Shown in pieces: positions 46,301 to 54,621 of a stretch of 64,000 nucleotides of DNA; position 1 is the stretch's first letter; each line of letters opens with the position of its first letter. The notes below the pieces were generated by a model. The model was not told the origin of the DNA and ran no database searches. It saw nothing but the letters and a program-made list of their open reading frames with translations. The DNA comes from Dehalococcoidia bacterium. Its GTDB lineage: Bacteria; Chloroflexota; Dehalococcoidia; Dehalococcoidales; Fen-1064. A program made the translations under genes and the position numbers. The stretch lies in contig DUFD01000045.1 of NCBI GenBank assembly GCA_011171075.1, positions 4,835 through 68,834 on the forward strand. Direction: 5' to 3'.

Positions 46301-47135
46301 GTCTGCCGGTAACCATCTCATAAAGCATCGCTCCCAGTGAGTAGAGGTCGGCCTTGGGTGTTATCTTGCCACCCATAGCCTGCTCCGGTGGCATGTAGGA
46401 CACCGTGCCCACCATCATGCCTTCCTGGGTTAATCGGGAGAGGTCAACCGCTACCGCCAGGCCGAAGTCGCCTATCTTGGCAGTTCCGTCGGTACTCAGC
46501 CACACATTGCCCGGTTTCAGGTCGCGGTGGATGATTCCCTTAGCGTGGGCGAACTCCAGTCCTTGACAGACAGACTTGGTGATGCCGATAGCCTGTTCTA
46601 GGGGTAATCGGTGCTCGGATGCCTTCTCGATAAGCCCCTCGACATCGCCACCTGACATCAGAGGCAAGACAATGTAGGGCTGGCCTTCGTGGTCACCGAA
46701 GTCGTAGACAGTGACGATATTCGGGTGGTCACCGAGCCTTCCCATGGCCTGGGCTTCACGGGTAATGCGTGTCCTGGCTTCTTCATCGAGCTTCTCGGTC
46801 TTAATCAGGGCAAAGGCGACGTCTCGGTCGAGCGTGTTGTCATGTGCGAGGTAGACCTTCTTCTTACCGCCTTCGCCGAGCAGTTTCTTCACATGGTAGC
46901 GGCCGCCAGCAAAGGAGGTGGGTTCGGGGGAGGGGAGTGCTTCAGGAGTTGGTTCGGGTACTTCTTCAGTTAGGGAGTAACCACATTCATCACAGAATCT
47001 GCCACCTTGAGGATTAGTGTGTCCACATTGTGGACAAATAAGCTCTGCCTGGACTGGTTCTTGGAGTGATTTACCACATTCTAGGCAGAACTTAGCTCCA
47101 TCGCGATTCTCATATCGGCAATCTGGGCATTTCAC
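43323..47135 (-). CDS. double-zinc-ribbon / Ser-Thr protein kinase / STAND (AAA_16-like) ATPase / TPR multidomain protein
   Basis: 1270 aa with a GTG start. 'CPDC...CLEC' and 'CPQC...CDEC', kinase 'HRDLKPGN' and 'DFGLA', Walker A 'GEPGIGKT', Walker B-like 'LLIVLEDLHDSD', and a long helical/TPR C-terminus. Confidence 0.9.
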   Translation of the reverse strand: MKCPDCRYENRDGAKFCLECGKSLQEPVQAELICPQCGHTNPQGGRFCDECGYSLTEEVPEPTPEALPSPEPTSFAGGRYHVKKLLGEGGKKKVYLAHDNTLDRDVAFALIKTEKLDEEARTRITREAQAMGRLGDHPNIVTVYDFGDHEGQPYIVLPLMSGGDVEGLIEKASEHRLPLEQAIGITKSVCQGLEFAHAKGIIHRDLKPGNVWLSTDGTAKIGDFGLAVAVDLSRLTQEGMMVGTVSYMPPEQAMGGKITPKADLYSLGAMLYEMVTGRPPFIGDDSVAIIGQHINTSVVSPTWHRADLPPGLEVLILQLLEKDPDKRPDSAGDILKALESIEQGKVTESVSQVAAAPESPLYRRVFVGREPEQKQLQAAFDGAMSGQGALMMVVGEPGIGKTALCEQLSTYVTLRGGKTLVGHCYEEGSLSLPYLAFVEAMRSYVMTRETRDLRKELGTGAADVARIVSEVREKLKVEPKPSESPEEERYRLMQAVTSFLTSAAKVQPLLIVLEDLHDSDKGTLEMLTHVSRNLSGARLMIVGTYRDVEVDRTHPLSASLAELRRVATFDRVLLRGLNADEVRRMLESITRQDVPWGLAEAVHRQTEGNPLFVQEVVRYLVEEGLINREGGQWKATQLEMSIPEGLRDVVGKRLSGLSQECNRILSIASVIGREFQLAVLQKVADISDDELFVALEEAKAAAVVEERSTVGAAVTYRFTHAFFRQTLYEEIIAPRRIRLHQQVGKALEEVYGKRLEEHAAELAEHFSYSPDTEGLAKAVSYGEMAAEKASSVYAYGEAIRLLEQALKVQEVLNPEDKAKRCDILLTLSDTLVNAGESRRALDAELQEAFSLAEGISDENRAARACERALPALVYWRHGTVGAFGSGEGMEWASRADLYAQEGTRERAVADMFLGLVRYSTGHPRTGFQLMDQAIDRIHKLGDDETFWMLVPLWLIYTTVPQYTEQRLQVTKELSMRSRAGVDTRAIVGGLAVLGITFLEYGQRERCEEILRKHREFAERSGQTNFLIQSLQFRAMLRTLDGRLDEAVQLADEIQVRGEEWGLQRFTRVSYNFSRFRAGVLLGMSDSMLQTMLPNEFNSHIGTLCLAHLNRHDEAITILNEFLGGRRFIGTVDDYTFYWTDTIWLEVAVLVRHKKAAEALLNQLAGKTPHMTGYYWPTCVDRHLGGACALLERYEEARKYYADALEVATNIKFRPELALTRLQLAELLLEHYPDEKPEALEHLNFAINEFREMKMQPSLERALRHKEILGA

Positions 47136-47167
47136 GACTCACTCGCAAGCACTGGCTCGGTGCCCAC

Positions 47168-47196
47168 AGTCTAAGGGTAAACCGAAGTGATGTCAA
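47168..47196 (-). promoter_or_regulatory. sigma70-like promoter of the kinase-STAND gene
   Basis: On the minus strand: TTGACA, a 17-nt spacer, then TAGACT. It lies about 30 nt upstream of the GTG start. The same arrangement is conserved in the copy at 57488-57516. Confidence 0.5.
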
Positions 47197-47199
47197 GCC

Positions 47200-47257
47200 A
47201 GCTGCTGTAGACTCAGAGTAAGTTGTCTTCTTCTCGAATAGCAGCTCGGGAACTGTC
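47200..47257. repeat. upstream module R3, copy K
   Basis: 'AGCTGCTG...CTTCTTCTCGAATAGCAGCTCGGGAACTGTC'. About three quarters of positions match 50972-51028 by hand alignment. Confidence 0.7.
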
Positions 47258-47423
47258 GCATGTGGTGTACTAAGGTAATGATATCACCATAATATCACCA
47301 TTCCTTAGCTTCAGATTTCTAAATCACTGGAATATCCGGTCTGATTTTGACTTCAACTAAAGGTAATAATGTTACCCAACACACCAATTTTACAATTAAT
47401 TGAATATCACGGGCGCTTGTTCC

Positions 47424-48635
47424 TTATTCAGCCGCTTGATAAGGCGAACTCCTACTTCCAGGCGTACATCGCATAATGAGACCGAAAGCCATGCTGGCGA
47501 CAGCTAACAATCCACCGACTATTCCAAAAGCTGCTTTGTAGTTTAAAGCACTGATTAGCAGTCCACCCACCATAGGACCTGTAGAGTGTCCCACGTCCAT
47601 CACGCTGGACAGTACACCAAGGGCACCGCCATGACTAGATGCCTTGGACAAATCAGCAACCAGCGCCGCAGTTGAAGCAGTAACAGTTGCCAACCCGAGG
47701 CCGAAAAATCCAATGAGCACAGCTAATAACGGATAATTATACGAATAGGTCATAAAGGCCATGGTTATACCGCCCAGTAGAAGCCCGGCTATTATCACCG
47801 GCACACGGCCATACTTATCTGAAAATCGTCCCATTATCGGTTTGGTCAATGTAGCTACTACTATCTGTATTGTGAAAAGTGAGCCAATTTCTATTGTTGA
47901 AAAGCCCGCCTGCTCATCAAGGAAGATGGGTAAAAATACCTCCAGACAACCAAAAGCAAAATATTGAACCGCTTCAATAGCGCTTGTTGCCAGAATGCCG
48001 CGATGAGTCAGTATTGTTTTAATATCACTCCATATATCGCCTCGCCCTCGTTTCAATGCTGCTCCTAAGGAGTCAGAGGTTGCTGTAGCGAGTGATAATC
48101 TGATAGCTGCAATAAGTGCCAGTGTTCCGAAAGTTCCGGTCGCTATATAAACCCACCTGAAGTCGTCCCCGAAAATAAGCGCCCCACCAACGAAAGGAGC
48201 GACAAACCTGCCCACCATGGTCGCCGATGAATACCACCCCATGCGTTCGCCGCGCTTTTCGTCGAAGGTATCAGCCACCGCTGCCATAGCTACCGGGCCG
48301 AGTATAGCAGTGGCAAATCCATGATAGATACGTACCAGCACGAGTTGCCAGGGCTGCGTTACGAGAAGGTATAAAAACGGGGCGCTGGCGAAAACAATAG
48401 CGGCAATAAGAATGACCCGCCGCCTGCCGATGATATCGGAAAGAATACCCGCAGGCAGGCTGACAACAATTCCGACCACAGTAGACGCGGCGGCAATAAA
48501 ACCCACCGTGCCCATTGGTACGTCAAGAGCACGGATGAACAGAGGTAACACGGGGTTTTTGGCCATAGTGGAACTGAGAATGGCCAGTCCACCCATAATA
48601 CAAAGGAGAATAAATGGTGAGATTCTTAGCTTCAA
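47424..48635 (-). CDS. MFS transporter (12-TMS type)
   Basis: 403 aa, multiple TM helices, and 'SDIIGRRR' MFS motif A. Its start abuts the stop of the ChrB-N-like gene. Confidence 0.85.
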   Translation of the reverse strand: MKLRISPFILLCIMGGLAILSSTMAKNPVLPLFIRALDVPMGTVGFIAAASTVVGIVVSLPAGILSDIIGRRRVILIAAIVFASAPFLYLLVTQPWQLVLVRIYHGFATAILGPVAMAAVADTFDEKRGERMGWYSSATMVGRFVAPFVGGALIFGDDFRWVYIATGTFGTLALIAAIRLSLATATSDSLGAALKRGRGDIWSDIKTILTHRGILATSAIEAVQYFAFGCLEVFLPIFLDEQAGFSTIEIGSLFTIQIVVATLTKPIMGRFSDKYGRVPVIIAGLLLGGITMAFMTYSYNYPLLAVLIGFFGLGLATVTASTAALVADLSKASSHGGALGVLSSVMDVGHSTGPMVGGLLISALNYKAAFGIVGGLLAVASMAFGLIMRCTPGSRSSPYQAAE

Positions 48636-49208
48636 TTAAGTCTCACTATTATCAGCTCTAGCATCGTTGTTTCTCGACTCAAGGTTCTGCATTCTTTCAA
48701 AGGTCTCTTGTGTGAATGCCGCCAGGCCTTTTTCAGCTTCTCTTATTAGCTTTTCCACTTCTTCCCGAGCGGTAACGTCCCAAAAGTCACGTTCTTTGGC
48801 CTCAGCAAGCCAGCGGTTTATCTTCCCCAGGTCACCCTCCAGTTCCTGCACTTCTTCAAAATTAAACTCTTGATGCTGGCGCTCTCGCTCTATATGGCGT
48901 AGCATCTTGTGACATTCCTTGATTATCTCAGCGTATTCTCTATCTCTCTCCTGTTGAAACCTCGTTATCGCCCGCTTCTCCTGCGCCTCGGTGAAGTCGG
49001 TTACTGAGTATAGGTTCGCTATGCCCTCCAGTTCCTCCACAGATTGATATATGTCCTTGATTTTTGTCGCAAACGGTTCTGCGTTTGGTATGAGCCAGCC
49101 TGCCCCCTCCATAGAAAGGGCTCCGAGCTTCTTTAACTGCCTCCAGATAAAAACTCTCTTTCGAGATGGTTCTGCCGGGAGCCAGTAGGTGAACAATAGC
49201 CAATCCAT
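48636..49208 (-). CDS. ChrB N-terminal-domain-like (PaaX-like) protein
   Basis: 190 aa. 'WLLFTYWLPAEPSRKRVFIWRQLKKLGALSMEGAGWLIPN' matches the ChrB_N pattern, followed by a coiled-coil-like tail. Confidence 0.55.
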   Translation of the reverse strand: MDWLLFTYWLPAEPSRKRVFIWRQLKKLGALSMEGAGWLIPNAEPFATKIKDIYQSVEELEGIANLYSVTDFTEAQEKRAITRFQQERDREYAEIIKECHKMLRHIERERQHQEFNFEEVQELEGDLGKINRWLAEAKERDFWDVTAREEVEKLIREAEKGLAAFTQETFERMQNLESRNNDARADNSET

Positions 49209-49328
49209 CTATAAAACCTCTTGACAGCCATTCTAGCATATGATTTACTATGTAACAACTGTTACATTCATCCAGTTTTCCATAGAGCATATATCAACTA
49301 CACTAACTACACTAAGGAGGGTACCTAT

Positions 49329-49667
49329 ATGGATAACCAGCTTGATTATTATGCAGATACCGGTAAATTAAGGGACGAGTTTGACCGGGGACTACCAGTA
49401 ATGTCCGCCTATACCGCTTTCCGCAGAGGAGTATATCAAGACGGGGCTTTAAGTCTGAAGAGTAAAAGACTTATCGCTCTGGCCTGTGGTCTACAGTCAG
49501 GTTGCACTCGCTGCGTTCAAGGGCAGACAAAGGACGCTATCGGCGCGGGAGCCACTAAAGAGGAAGTCCTGGAAGCTGTATCTGTGGCCGTGGTAATGGG
49601 TGGGACGGCTGTTAGTGCCGAAACATGGCGGGTGGTTAAAGTCCTGCAAGAACTTGGTAAGTGGTAG
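49329..49667 (+). CDS. carboxymuconolactone decarboxylase / AhpD-like family protein
   Basis: I trimmed the start to 'MDNQLDYY', preceded by AAGGAGGG. 'ALACGLQSGCTRCVQGQ' is the CxxC motif of the CMD/AhpD fold. Confidence 0.8.
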   Translation: MDNQLDYYADTGKLRDEFDRGLPVMSAYTAFRRGVYQDGALSLKSKRLIALACGLQSGCTRCVQGQTKDAIGAGATKEEVLEAVSVAVVMGGTAVSAETWRVVKVLQELGKW

Positions 49668-49725
49668 ATTATGAATCTTTTAACATTCGGAGAACTTGAT
49701 TTACAATCTGAAGGAGGTAAGTATC

Positions 49726-50163
49726 ATGAAATGGGTTACTCGTTCTCATGTCCACGTTGACCGCGTGGCCTGTCCTTGGCTTATCAAGAGGTTCGTTGAT
49801 AATGAAGCCGAGTTTGTCTTTGCTCCCCCCAGCCAGGTAATGGCCATCGCCGAACAGACTGGGGCCATTCCTTTCGACTGCATGGGGAAGGCAGAGTTGG
49901 ACCATCACGAGGGCCGGTGCTCCTTCGAGTCAATCATCCAGAAGCATGAGCTGAAGGACAGAGCCCTTCTACGCCTTGCTGAGATAGTCCATGCCGCTGA
50001 TTCGGCCCAAGATATTGACAAGGATCCTATTGCCCGTGGCCTAGAGGCAATCGCCGTTGGTTACAGTACGCGTTATCCCAACGACGAGGAGAACCTGTCG
50101 TACCAATTCGATGTTTATGATGCTCTGTATGCTTGGTGCCGGTTGCAGGTAGCTAAGGGCTAG
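49726..50163 (+). CDS. chromate-resistance (ChrB C-terminal) domain protein
   Basis: I trimmed the start to 'MKWVTRSHVHVDRVACPWLIKRFVD', preceded by GAAGGAGG. This is the signature N-terminus of the Chrome_Resist domain. Confidence 0.7.
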   Translation: MKWVTRSHVHVDRVACPWLIKRFVDNEAEFVFAPPSQVMAIAEQTGAIPFDCMGKAELDHHEGRCSFESIIQKHELKDRALLRLAEIVHAADSAQDIDKDPIARGLEAIAVGYSTRYPNDEENLSYQFDVYDALYAWCRLQVAKG

Positions 50164-50181
50164 GACATCACGGAAAAGAGT

Positions 50182-50829
50182 TTGTATAACAAACAAAGAA
50201 GCGTTCATAGCTTCATAAGAGGCCTTACCCGGGCTGATTATGCCGAAATTCAGGGATATCTTTCCGAAATTGCGGAAAACAATGATTTCAATGCTAGTCT
50301 GGAAAAGAACCGGACCGGTTATGGCAGGAACCAATTTCCAGGCTGGGGGTGGGGTATAGGGATGACATTAGGCACAGTTTTGTACACGTTATGCAGAAAG
50401 GTAAAGCCTGATGTAGTTATCGAGACTGGTGTAGCCAGCGGTGTATCATCTTCATACATTCTCTGCGGTCTGCATGAAAATAATAACGGTGTTCTCTACT
50501 CAATTGACTTATCTTGGCGAGAAGGGCAAAGTGGCTGGCTAGTCCCTGACTATCTACGGTATAGATGGCAGTTGATTATGGGGAGAAGTTCCGATAAACT
50601 ACCACCTCTCCTCGGTGGCCTGAAGACGATTGATATTTTCCTGCATGACAGTGAGCACACCTACCAGAATATGCTCTTTGAGTATCAGGCAGCCTGGACA
50701 CATTTGCGGCCCGGGGGGCTATTACTGTCACATAATATCGACACCAATAATGCCTTCCCTGACTTTTGCGAAAGCGTAGGGCTCAAAGGTCACGTATTGG
50801 ATAATTTGGGTGGATTATTGAAGAATTAG
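50182..50829 (+). CDS. class I SAM-dependent methyltransferase (O-methyltransferase/Methyltransf_24-like)
   Basis: 215 aa with a TTG start, so the true start is uncertain. 'VVIETGVASGVSS' motif I-like and 'IFLHDSEHTY'. Confidence 0.6.
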   Translation: MYNKQRSVHSFIRGLTRADYAEIQGYLSEIAENNDFNASLEKNRTGYGRNQFPGWGWGIGMTLGTVLYTLCRKVKPDVVIETGVASGVSSSYILCGLHENNNGVLYSIDLSWREGQSGWLVPDYLRYRWQLIMGRSSDKLPPLLGGLKTIDIFLHDSEHTYQNMLFEYQAAWTHLRPGGLLLSHNIDTNNAFPDFCESVGLKGHVLDNLGGLLKN

Positions 50830-50830
50830 A

Positions 50831-50940
50831 TAGTTGGTCAAACTAGGGTCGAATGTCAGCTTAATCATTCTATCTATCAGTAGATCTGGTCCCGCAGTAG
50901 AGCTTGAACCAAACTGGTATCCATCTGTTATTTAGCTAAT
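50831..50940 (-). repeat. junction module copy R (inverted relative to L), including a degenerate tRNA-like 3' end
   Basis: The reverse complement reads 'ATTAGCTAAATAACAG...GGTTCAAGCTCTACTGCGGGACCA...TTAAGCTGACATTCG...TTGACCAACT'. It shares a 15-nt and a 10-nt exact block with L. The tRNA-like part matches L at about 17 of 25 positions. Confidence 0.65.
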
Positions 50941-50971
50941 CTATTTAGATAATTACAGACAGGTTGTGAGA

Positions 50972-51028
50972 AGCTGCTGAATAGTCGGAACCAGTTCCTT
51001 CTTCTCAAATAGAAGTTCGGGAACTGTC
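50972..51028. repeat. upstream module R3, copy P
   Basis: 'AGCTGCTG...CTTCTTCTCAAATAGAAGTTCGGGAACTGTC'. Direct repeat of 47200-47257. Confidence 0.7.
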
Positions 51029-51079
51029 CAGTAAAGTCCGCTATAAATGATTCGAACTCCCAAGATAGGTTGTGCGCTC

Positions 51080-51466
51080 CTATGACAGCATTGTTTTAAT
51101 CTGTGCCACTTGTTCTTCAGCAGTCAGATTCAACAATGGCCTCAATCTCCTCTCAGTTACCATCGAACCACTAATTGGGTCACCTAAAGAATCAATTATT
51201 TCAATAACTTCTGGCGACAGCTTTAAAAGATTCATAATCTGCGTTACTCTGGCTTTTGAGACCTTAAGATGCCTTGCAAGGACAGCGCAAGATGCATATT
51301 CACCGTTGTCTAAAGCTCTACGCCACTCTTTTGCTAGGAAGATGGGATTCCGGTACCGTCGGTTGCCAATCTTGATGAGGTTATGGTTAGATGGGACGAC
51401 TGGTATCTCAAAGATAGCCTGAAAAGTTCTGTGTATTGACCTATGTGGGGAGCCAGCTATTTTTAC
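51080..51466 (-). pseudogene. ParB/KorB-like HTH protein remnant (open frame without a start codon)
   Basis: 128-codon open frame between two stops with no ATG/GTG/TTG until codon ~83. It encodes '...LARHLKVSKARVTQIMNLLKLSPEVIEIIDSL...ERRLRPLLNLTAEEQ', a ParB-type HTH signature. The listed + ORF 51072..51422 is its antisense shadow. Confidence 0.5.
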
Positions 51467-51612
51467 TCATTTCAGTTGACGACACTTGGTTAGCTGGTTT
51501 GGACTGTGGCCAAAGGGAATTCTTACAGAACACTAAGCTAACGTTTTTATTCTGATATTTACTCAATATCAACAGAGTAATGATGATATAGGAGATAAGG
51601 TAGACGAAATAA

Positions 51613-52053
51613 TCAATTGGTGATCTGCCTTTCCATTTTGATATGTTTGATACCGGCTTCCCAAAATGGGGAGCCTCTTGCGCTGTAGCCACAGGCTTCG
51701 TAGAAAGGAATGACGATATATTGCGCGTGCAGGACTACGTGCTTGATATGTCGCGCCTTGAGCTCATTATCTAGGAATGACATCATACCGCTGCCGATTC
51801 CCCTTCGACGGAAAGGCTTCAGTACAGCCATCCGCTCGATCTTAGCCTCACCGTTATCTAAAAACCGTACTCGGGCAGTACCAACAAATTGGCCGTCAAG
51901 AATGACGACCATTTGCAGTGCTTCGTAATCAAGGCCATCATACTCCTCATCTTCCTCGATATCCTGTTCTTCAACGAATACCACCCGTCGGACTGTAAAA
52001 GCCCCCTCGAGTTCGTAATCATTCTCGACCAGCTTATAAGTGATTTTGTCCAT
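51613..52053 (-). CDS. GNAT-family N-acetyltransferase
   Basis: I trimmed the start to 'MDKITYKL'. 'VLKPFRRRGIGSGMMSF' is the acetyl-CoA-binding motif A. Confidence 0.8.
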   Translation of the reverse strand: MDKITYKLVENDYELEGAFTVRRVVFVEEQDIEEDEEYDGLDYEALQMVVILDGQFVGTARVRFLDNGEAKIERMAVLKPFRRRGIGSGMMSFLDNELKARHIKHVVLHAQYIVIPFYEACGYSARGSPFWEAGIKHIKMERQITN

Positions 52054-52253
52054 TACTCGATTATAACGGAACGGTACTACGAACTGCCATAGTATGATTA
52101 ATATAGCTGGCACGCTAGATTAGGAGCACATCTCGGACATGGATCTATGCTATTTACTCTGGCGTAACTGGTTTTAATAATACAATACGTATGTAGACAT
52201 CACTTGTGTACATATGATAAAATCGCAGACAATTCTAAAGGAAAGGTGGGAAT

Positions 52254-53000
52254 ATGAAAAAATACTTAGGATTTGTTTTAGTTGGGTTAATAATGCTCGG
52301 CCTAGTAATTGGTGGATGTAACGGAGAGACAACAGTTATCCGCATCGCTACTGATGCCACCTGGCCACCCTTTGAATACGTTGATGAGGATACTAAAGAG
52401 ATTGTCGGATTCGACATCGACCTGATAAATGCTATCGCCGAGAAGGAGGGTCTCGAAATAGAGATTATCAACGTGGCGTGGGACCCGCTGCTGGCTGGTA
52501 TGGCCCAGTGCACATATGATGCAGCAATATCAGCCATGACTATCACCGAGGAACGTGCCGAGCAATTCCTTTTCTCTGCCCCCTACTTCTTTGCGGGTCA
52601 AATTATTACCGTACAAATCGACAACACTGACATCAACAGCAAGCACGACCTGTCTGGTAAAGTGGTCGGGGCTCAAATCGGTACAACCGGCGCCATTGAG
52701 GTGGAAAAGATCGGAGGGGCAACGCTCAGGACTTACGACGATATCGGTTTGGCCATGCAGGACCTGATGAACGGGCAGATCGATGCCGTTGTCGCTGATA
52801 ATCCACTGGCTCTAAGCTATGTTGGTGAGAATCCAGATGAGTTGAAGACAGTTGGTGATGTCTTTACTGACGAAAATTACGGGATAGCTATCTGTAAGAA
52901 CAACACAGAATTGCAGGATCAAATCAACTCGGGTTTGGAAGCCGTTATAGCAGAAGGTCTGATTGACGACCTGGTTGAGAAGTGGCTTGTGGGCAACTAG
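52254..53000 (+). CDS. polar amino-acid ABC transporter substrate-binding lipoprotein
   Basis: 248 aa. Lipobox-like 'LVIGGCNG' and family-3 SBP motifs ('WPPFEY', 'GFDIDL', 'DAAISAMTIT'). Confidence 0.9.
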   Translation: MKKYLGFVLVGLIMLGLVIGGCNGETTVIRIATDATWPPFEYVDEDTKEIVGFDIDLINAIAEKEGLEIEIINVAWDPLLAGMAQCTYDAAISAMTITEERAEQFLFSAPYFFAGQIITVQIDNTDINSKHDLSGKVVGAQIGTTGAIEVEKIGGATLRTYDDIGLAMQDLMNGQIDAVVADNPLALSYVGENPDELKTVGDVFTDENYGIAICKNNTELQDQINSGLEAVIAEGLIDDLVEKWLVGN

Positions 53001-53056
53001 GGCAATAAGGTAGCGGTAGGCCCCTTGACGGGCCTACCGCTACACTCCGAAGTTTT

Positions 53057-53884
53057 ATGGCAGAACAACTGGAGCCCAGTTCCAACGGCAGCAAGCTGTT
53101 ACGCAGTCTTGGTGTTGAGTCCACCATGCGTATCGACCCATGGTGGGGTCTGGTGGTCTTGGTAATCGTCCTGATCGTGGTACTGTGCTTAGTCAGTACC
53201 GACCCCTTCTGGAATATACTACGCTTCGTAAGCGATGGCATCGTTATTACCGTCATTATCACGGTATCATCGTTCGTTCTCGTGCTGGTGCTGGGACTGT
53301 TCGGCGGCCTTGGTCGACTCTCGCGGAACCGCCTCATCTATGCACTGGCCACGGTCTACGTTGAGATTGTCCGGGGTATTCCTCTTCTGGTACAGCTAAT
53401 CTGGTGGTACTTCGCCTTTCCTGCAGTGATAAGTGAGGTAGGTGGGTGGCTGGGTATCACAGCCCTGGCTGATTATAAAGCCAATCCTATTGCCATGGCT
53501 ATCTTGGGTATGACCGTCTGCTACGGTGCTTATATGAGCGAGATATACCGCGCTGGTATCCAGAGTATCCCCAGGGGCCAGATGGAGGCTGCCCGCAGCT
53601 TGGGGATGACACGTTTCCAGGCCATGCGTCACATTATCCTGCCACAGGCAATACGCGTTGTTCTCCCGCCAGTGGGTAATGAGTTTATTGCTCTCCTCAA
53701 AGACTCTTCCCTGGTCAGTGTAGTGGCCGTAACTGATTTAACACGTCGGGGGCGTGAGTACATGTCCACGCATTTCAACCCTATCGAGACGTGGACAATG
53801 GTGGCTCTGATATATCTAGTGATGACCTTACTATCAGCTCGCGGTGTAGCCTGGATTGAGAAGAGGAGCAAATTCGAAAGATGA
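53057..53884 (+). CDS. polar amino-acid ABC transporter permease
   Basis: 275 aa. HisM/GlnP-type EAA loop '[22 protein letters not shown]'. The true start may be the internal Met at about 53126. Confidence 0.9.
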   Translation: MAEQLEPSSNGSKLLRSLGVESTMRIDPWWGLVVLVIVLIVVLCLVSTDPFWNILRFVSDGIVITVIITVSSFVLVLVLGLFGGLGRLSRNRLIYALATVYVEIVRGIPLLVQLIWWYFAFPAVISEVGGWLGITALADYKANPIAMAILGMTVCYGAYMSEIYRAGIQSIPRGQMEAARSLGMTRFQAMRHIILPQAIRVVLPPVGNEFIALLKDSSLVSVVAVTDLTRRGREYMSTHFNPIETWTMVALIYLVMTLLSARGVAWIEKRSKFER

Positions 53885-54621
53885 ACTCAGTTGAACCAAT
53901 CATCCAGATTAGGGACGTTCATAAGCACTTTGGTAAGGTCTATGCGCTACGAGGGGTAAGTCTGGATGTACAGAAGGGTGAAGTAGTTGTTATTATCGGC
54001 CCCTCCGGCTCAGGCAAGTCCACCCTGTTACGTTGCATCAACCGTCTTGAAGAATACGACGCAGGTCACATTGTAGTTGACGGTATTTCACTAGATAATG
54101 CCAAGAATATCAATATTGTTCGTCAAGAGATTGGGATGGTGTTCCAGTCGTTTAATCTGTTTGCTCACTTAACGGTACTGAAAAACCTAGTTCTAACGCA
54201 GCGTGTGGTGCGCAAACGTTCCGAAGAAGAATCGGAGAGAATCGCTCTGGAACTTCTAGATAAGGTAGGTATTCAAGATAAGGTCGCGGCCTTTCCGATC
54301 CAGCTCTCCGGCGGGCAGCAACAGCGTGTGGCCATAGCACGGGCTTTAGCTATGAATCCTAAAATCATGCTCTTCGACGAACCAACAAGTGCGCTTGACC
54401 CCGAGATGATTAAAGAAGTCCTGGATGTCATGCTCGACTTGGCCAAGGAAGGCATGACAATGATTGTTGTTTCACACGAGATGGGATTTGCCCGTGCCGC
54501 CGCCGACCGCATGATACTAATTGACGAGGGCCAGATAGTCGAAGAGGCCGGGCCCGAAAAGTTCTTTACCTCTGATAACGAACGTACCAAGAAGTTCCTC
54601 AGCAAAGTGCTGCACATGTAA
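53881..54621 (+). CDS. polar amino-acid ABC transporter ATP-binding protein
   Basis: 246 aa. Walker A 'GPSGSGKST', signature 'LSGGQQQR', Walker B '[11 protein letters not shown]'. ATGA overlap with the permease gene. Confidence 0.95.
   Translation: MNSVEPIIQIRDVHKHFGKVYALRGVSLDVQKGEVVVIIGPSGSGKSTLLRCINRLEEYDAGHIVVDGISLDNAKNINIVRQEIGMVFQSFNLFAHLTVLKNLVLTQRVVRKRSEEESERIALELLDKVGIQDKVAAFPIQLSGGQQQRVAIARALAMNPKIMLFDEPTSALDPEMIKEVLDVMLDLAKEGMTMIVVSHEMGFARAAADRMILIDEGQIVEEAGPEKFFTSDNERTKKFLSKVLHM

Noticed and set aside
50887-50910. Independent third tRNA gene or fragment
   Set aside because: The T-arm cannot be folded. I treat it only as the degenerate counterpart, within module R, of the tRNA-like part of module L.
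51072-51422. Plus-strand 116-aa ORF
   Set aside because: It has no motif and is the antisense shadow of the ParB-like HTH frame on the minus strand.
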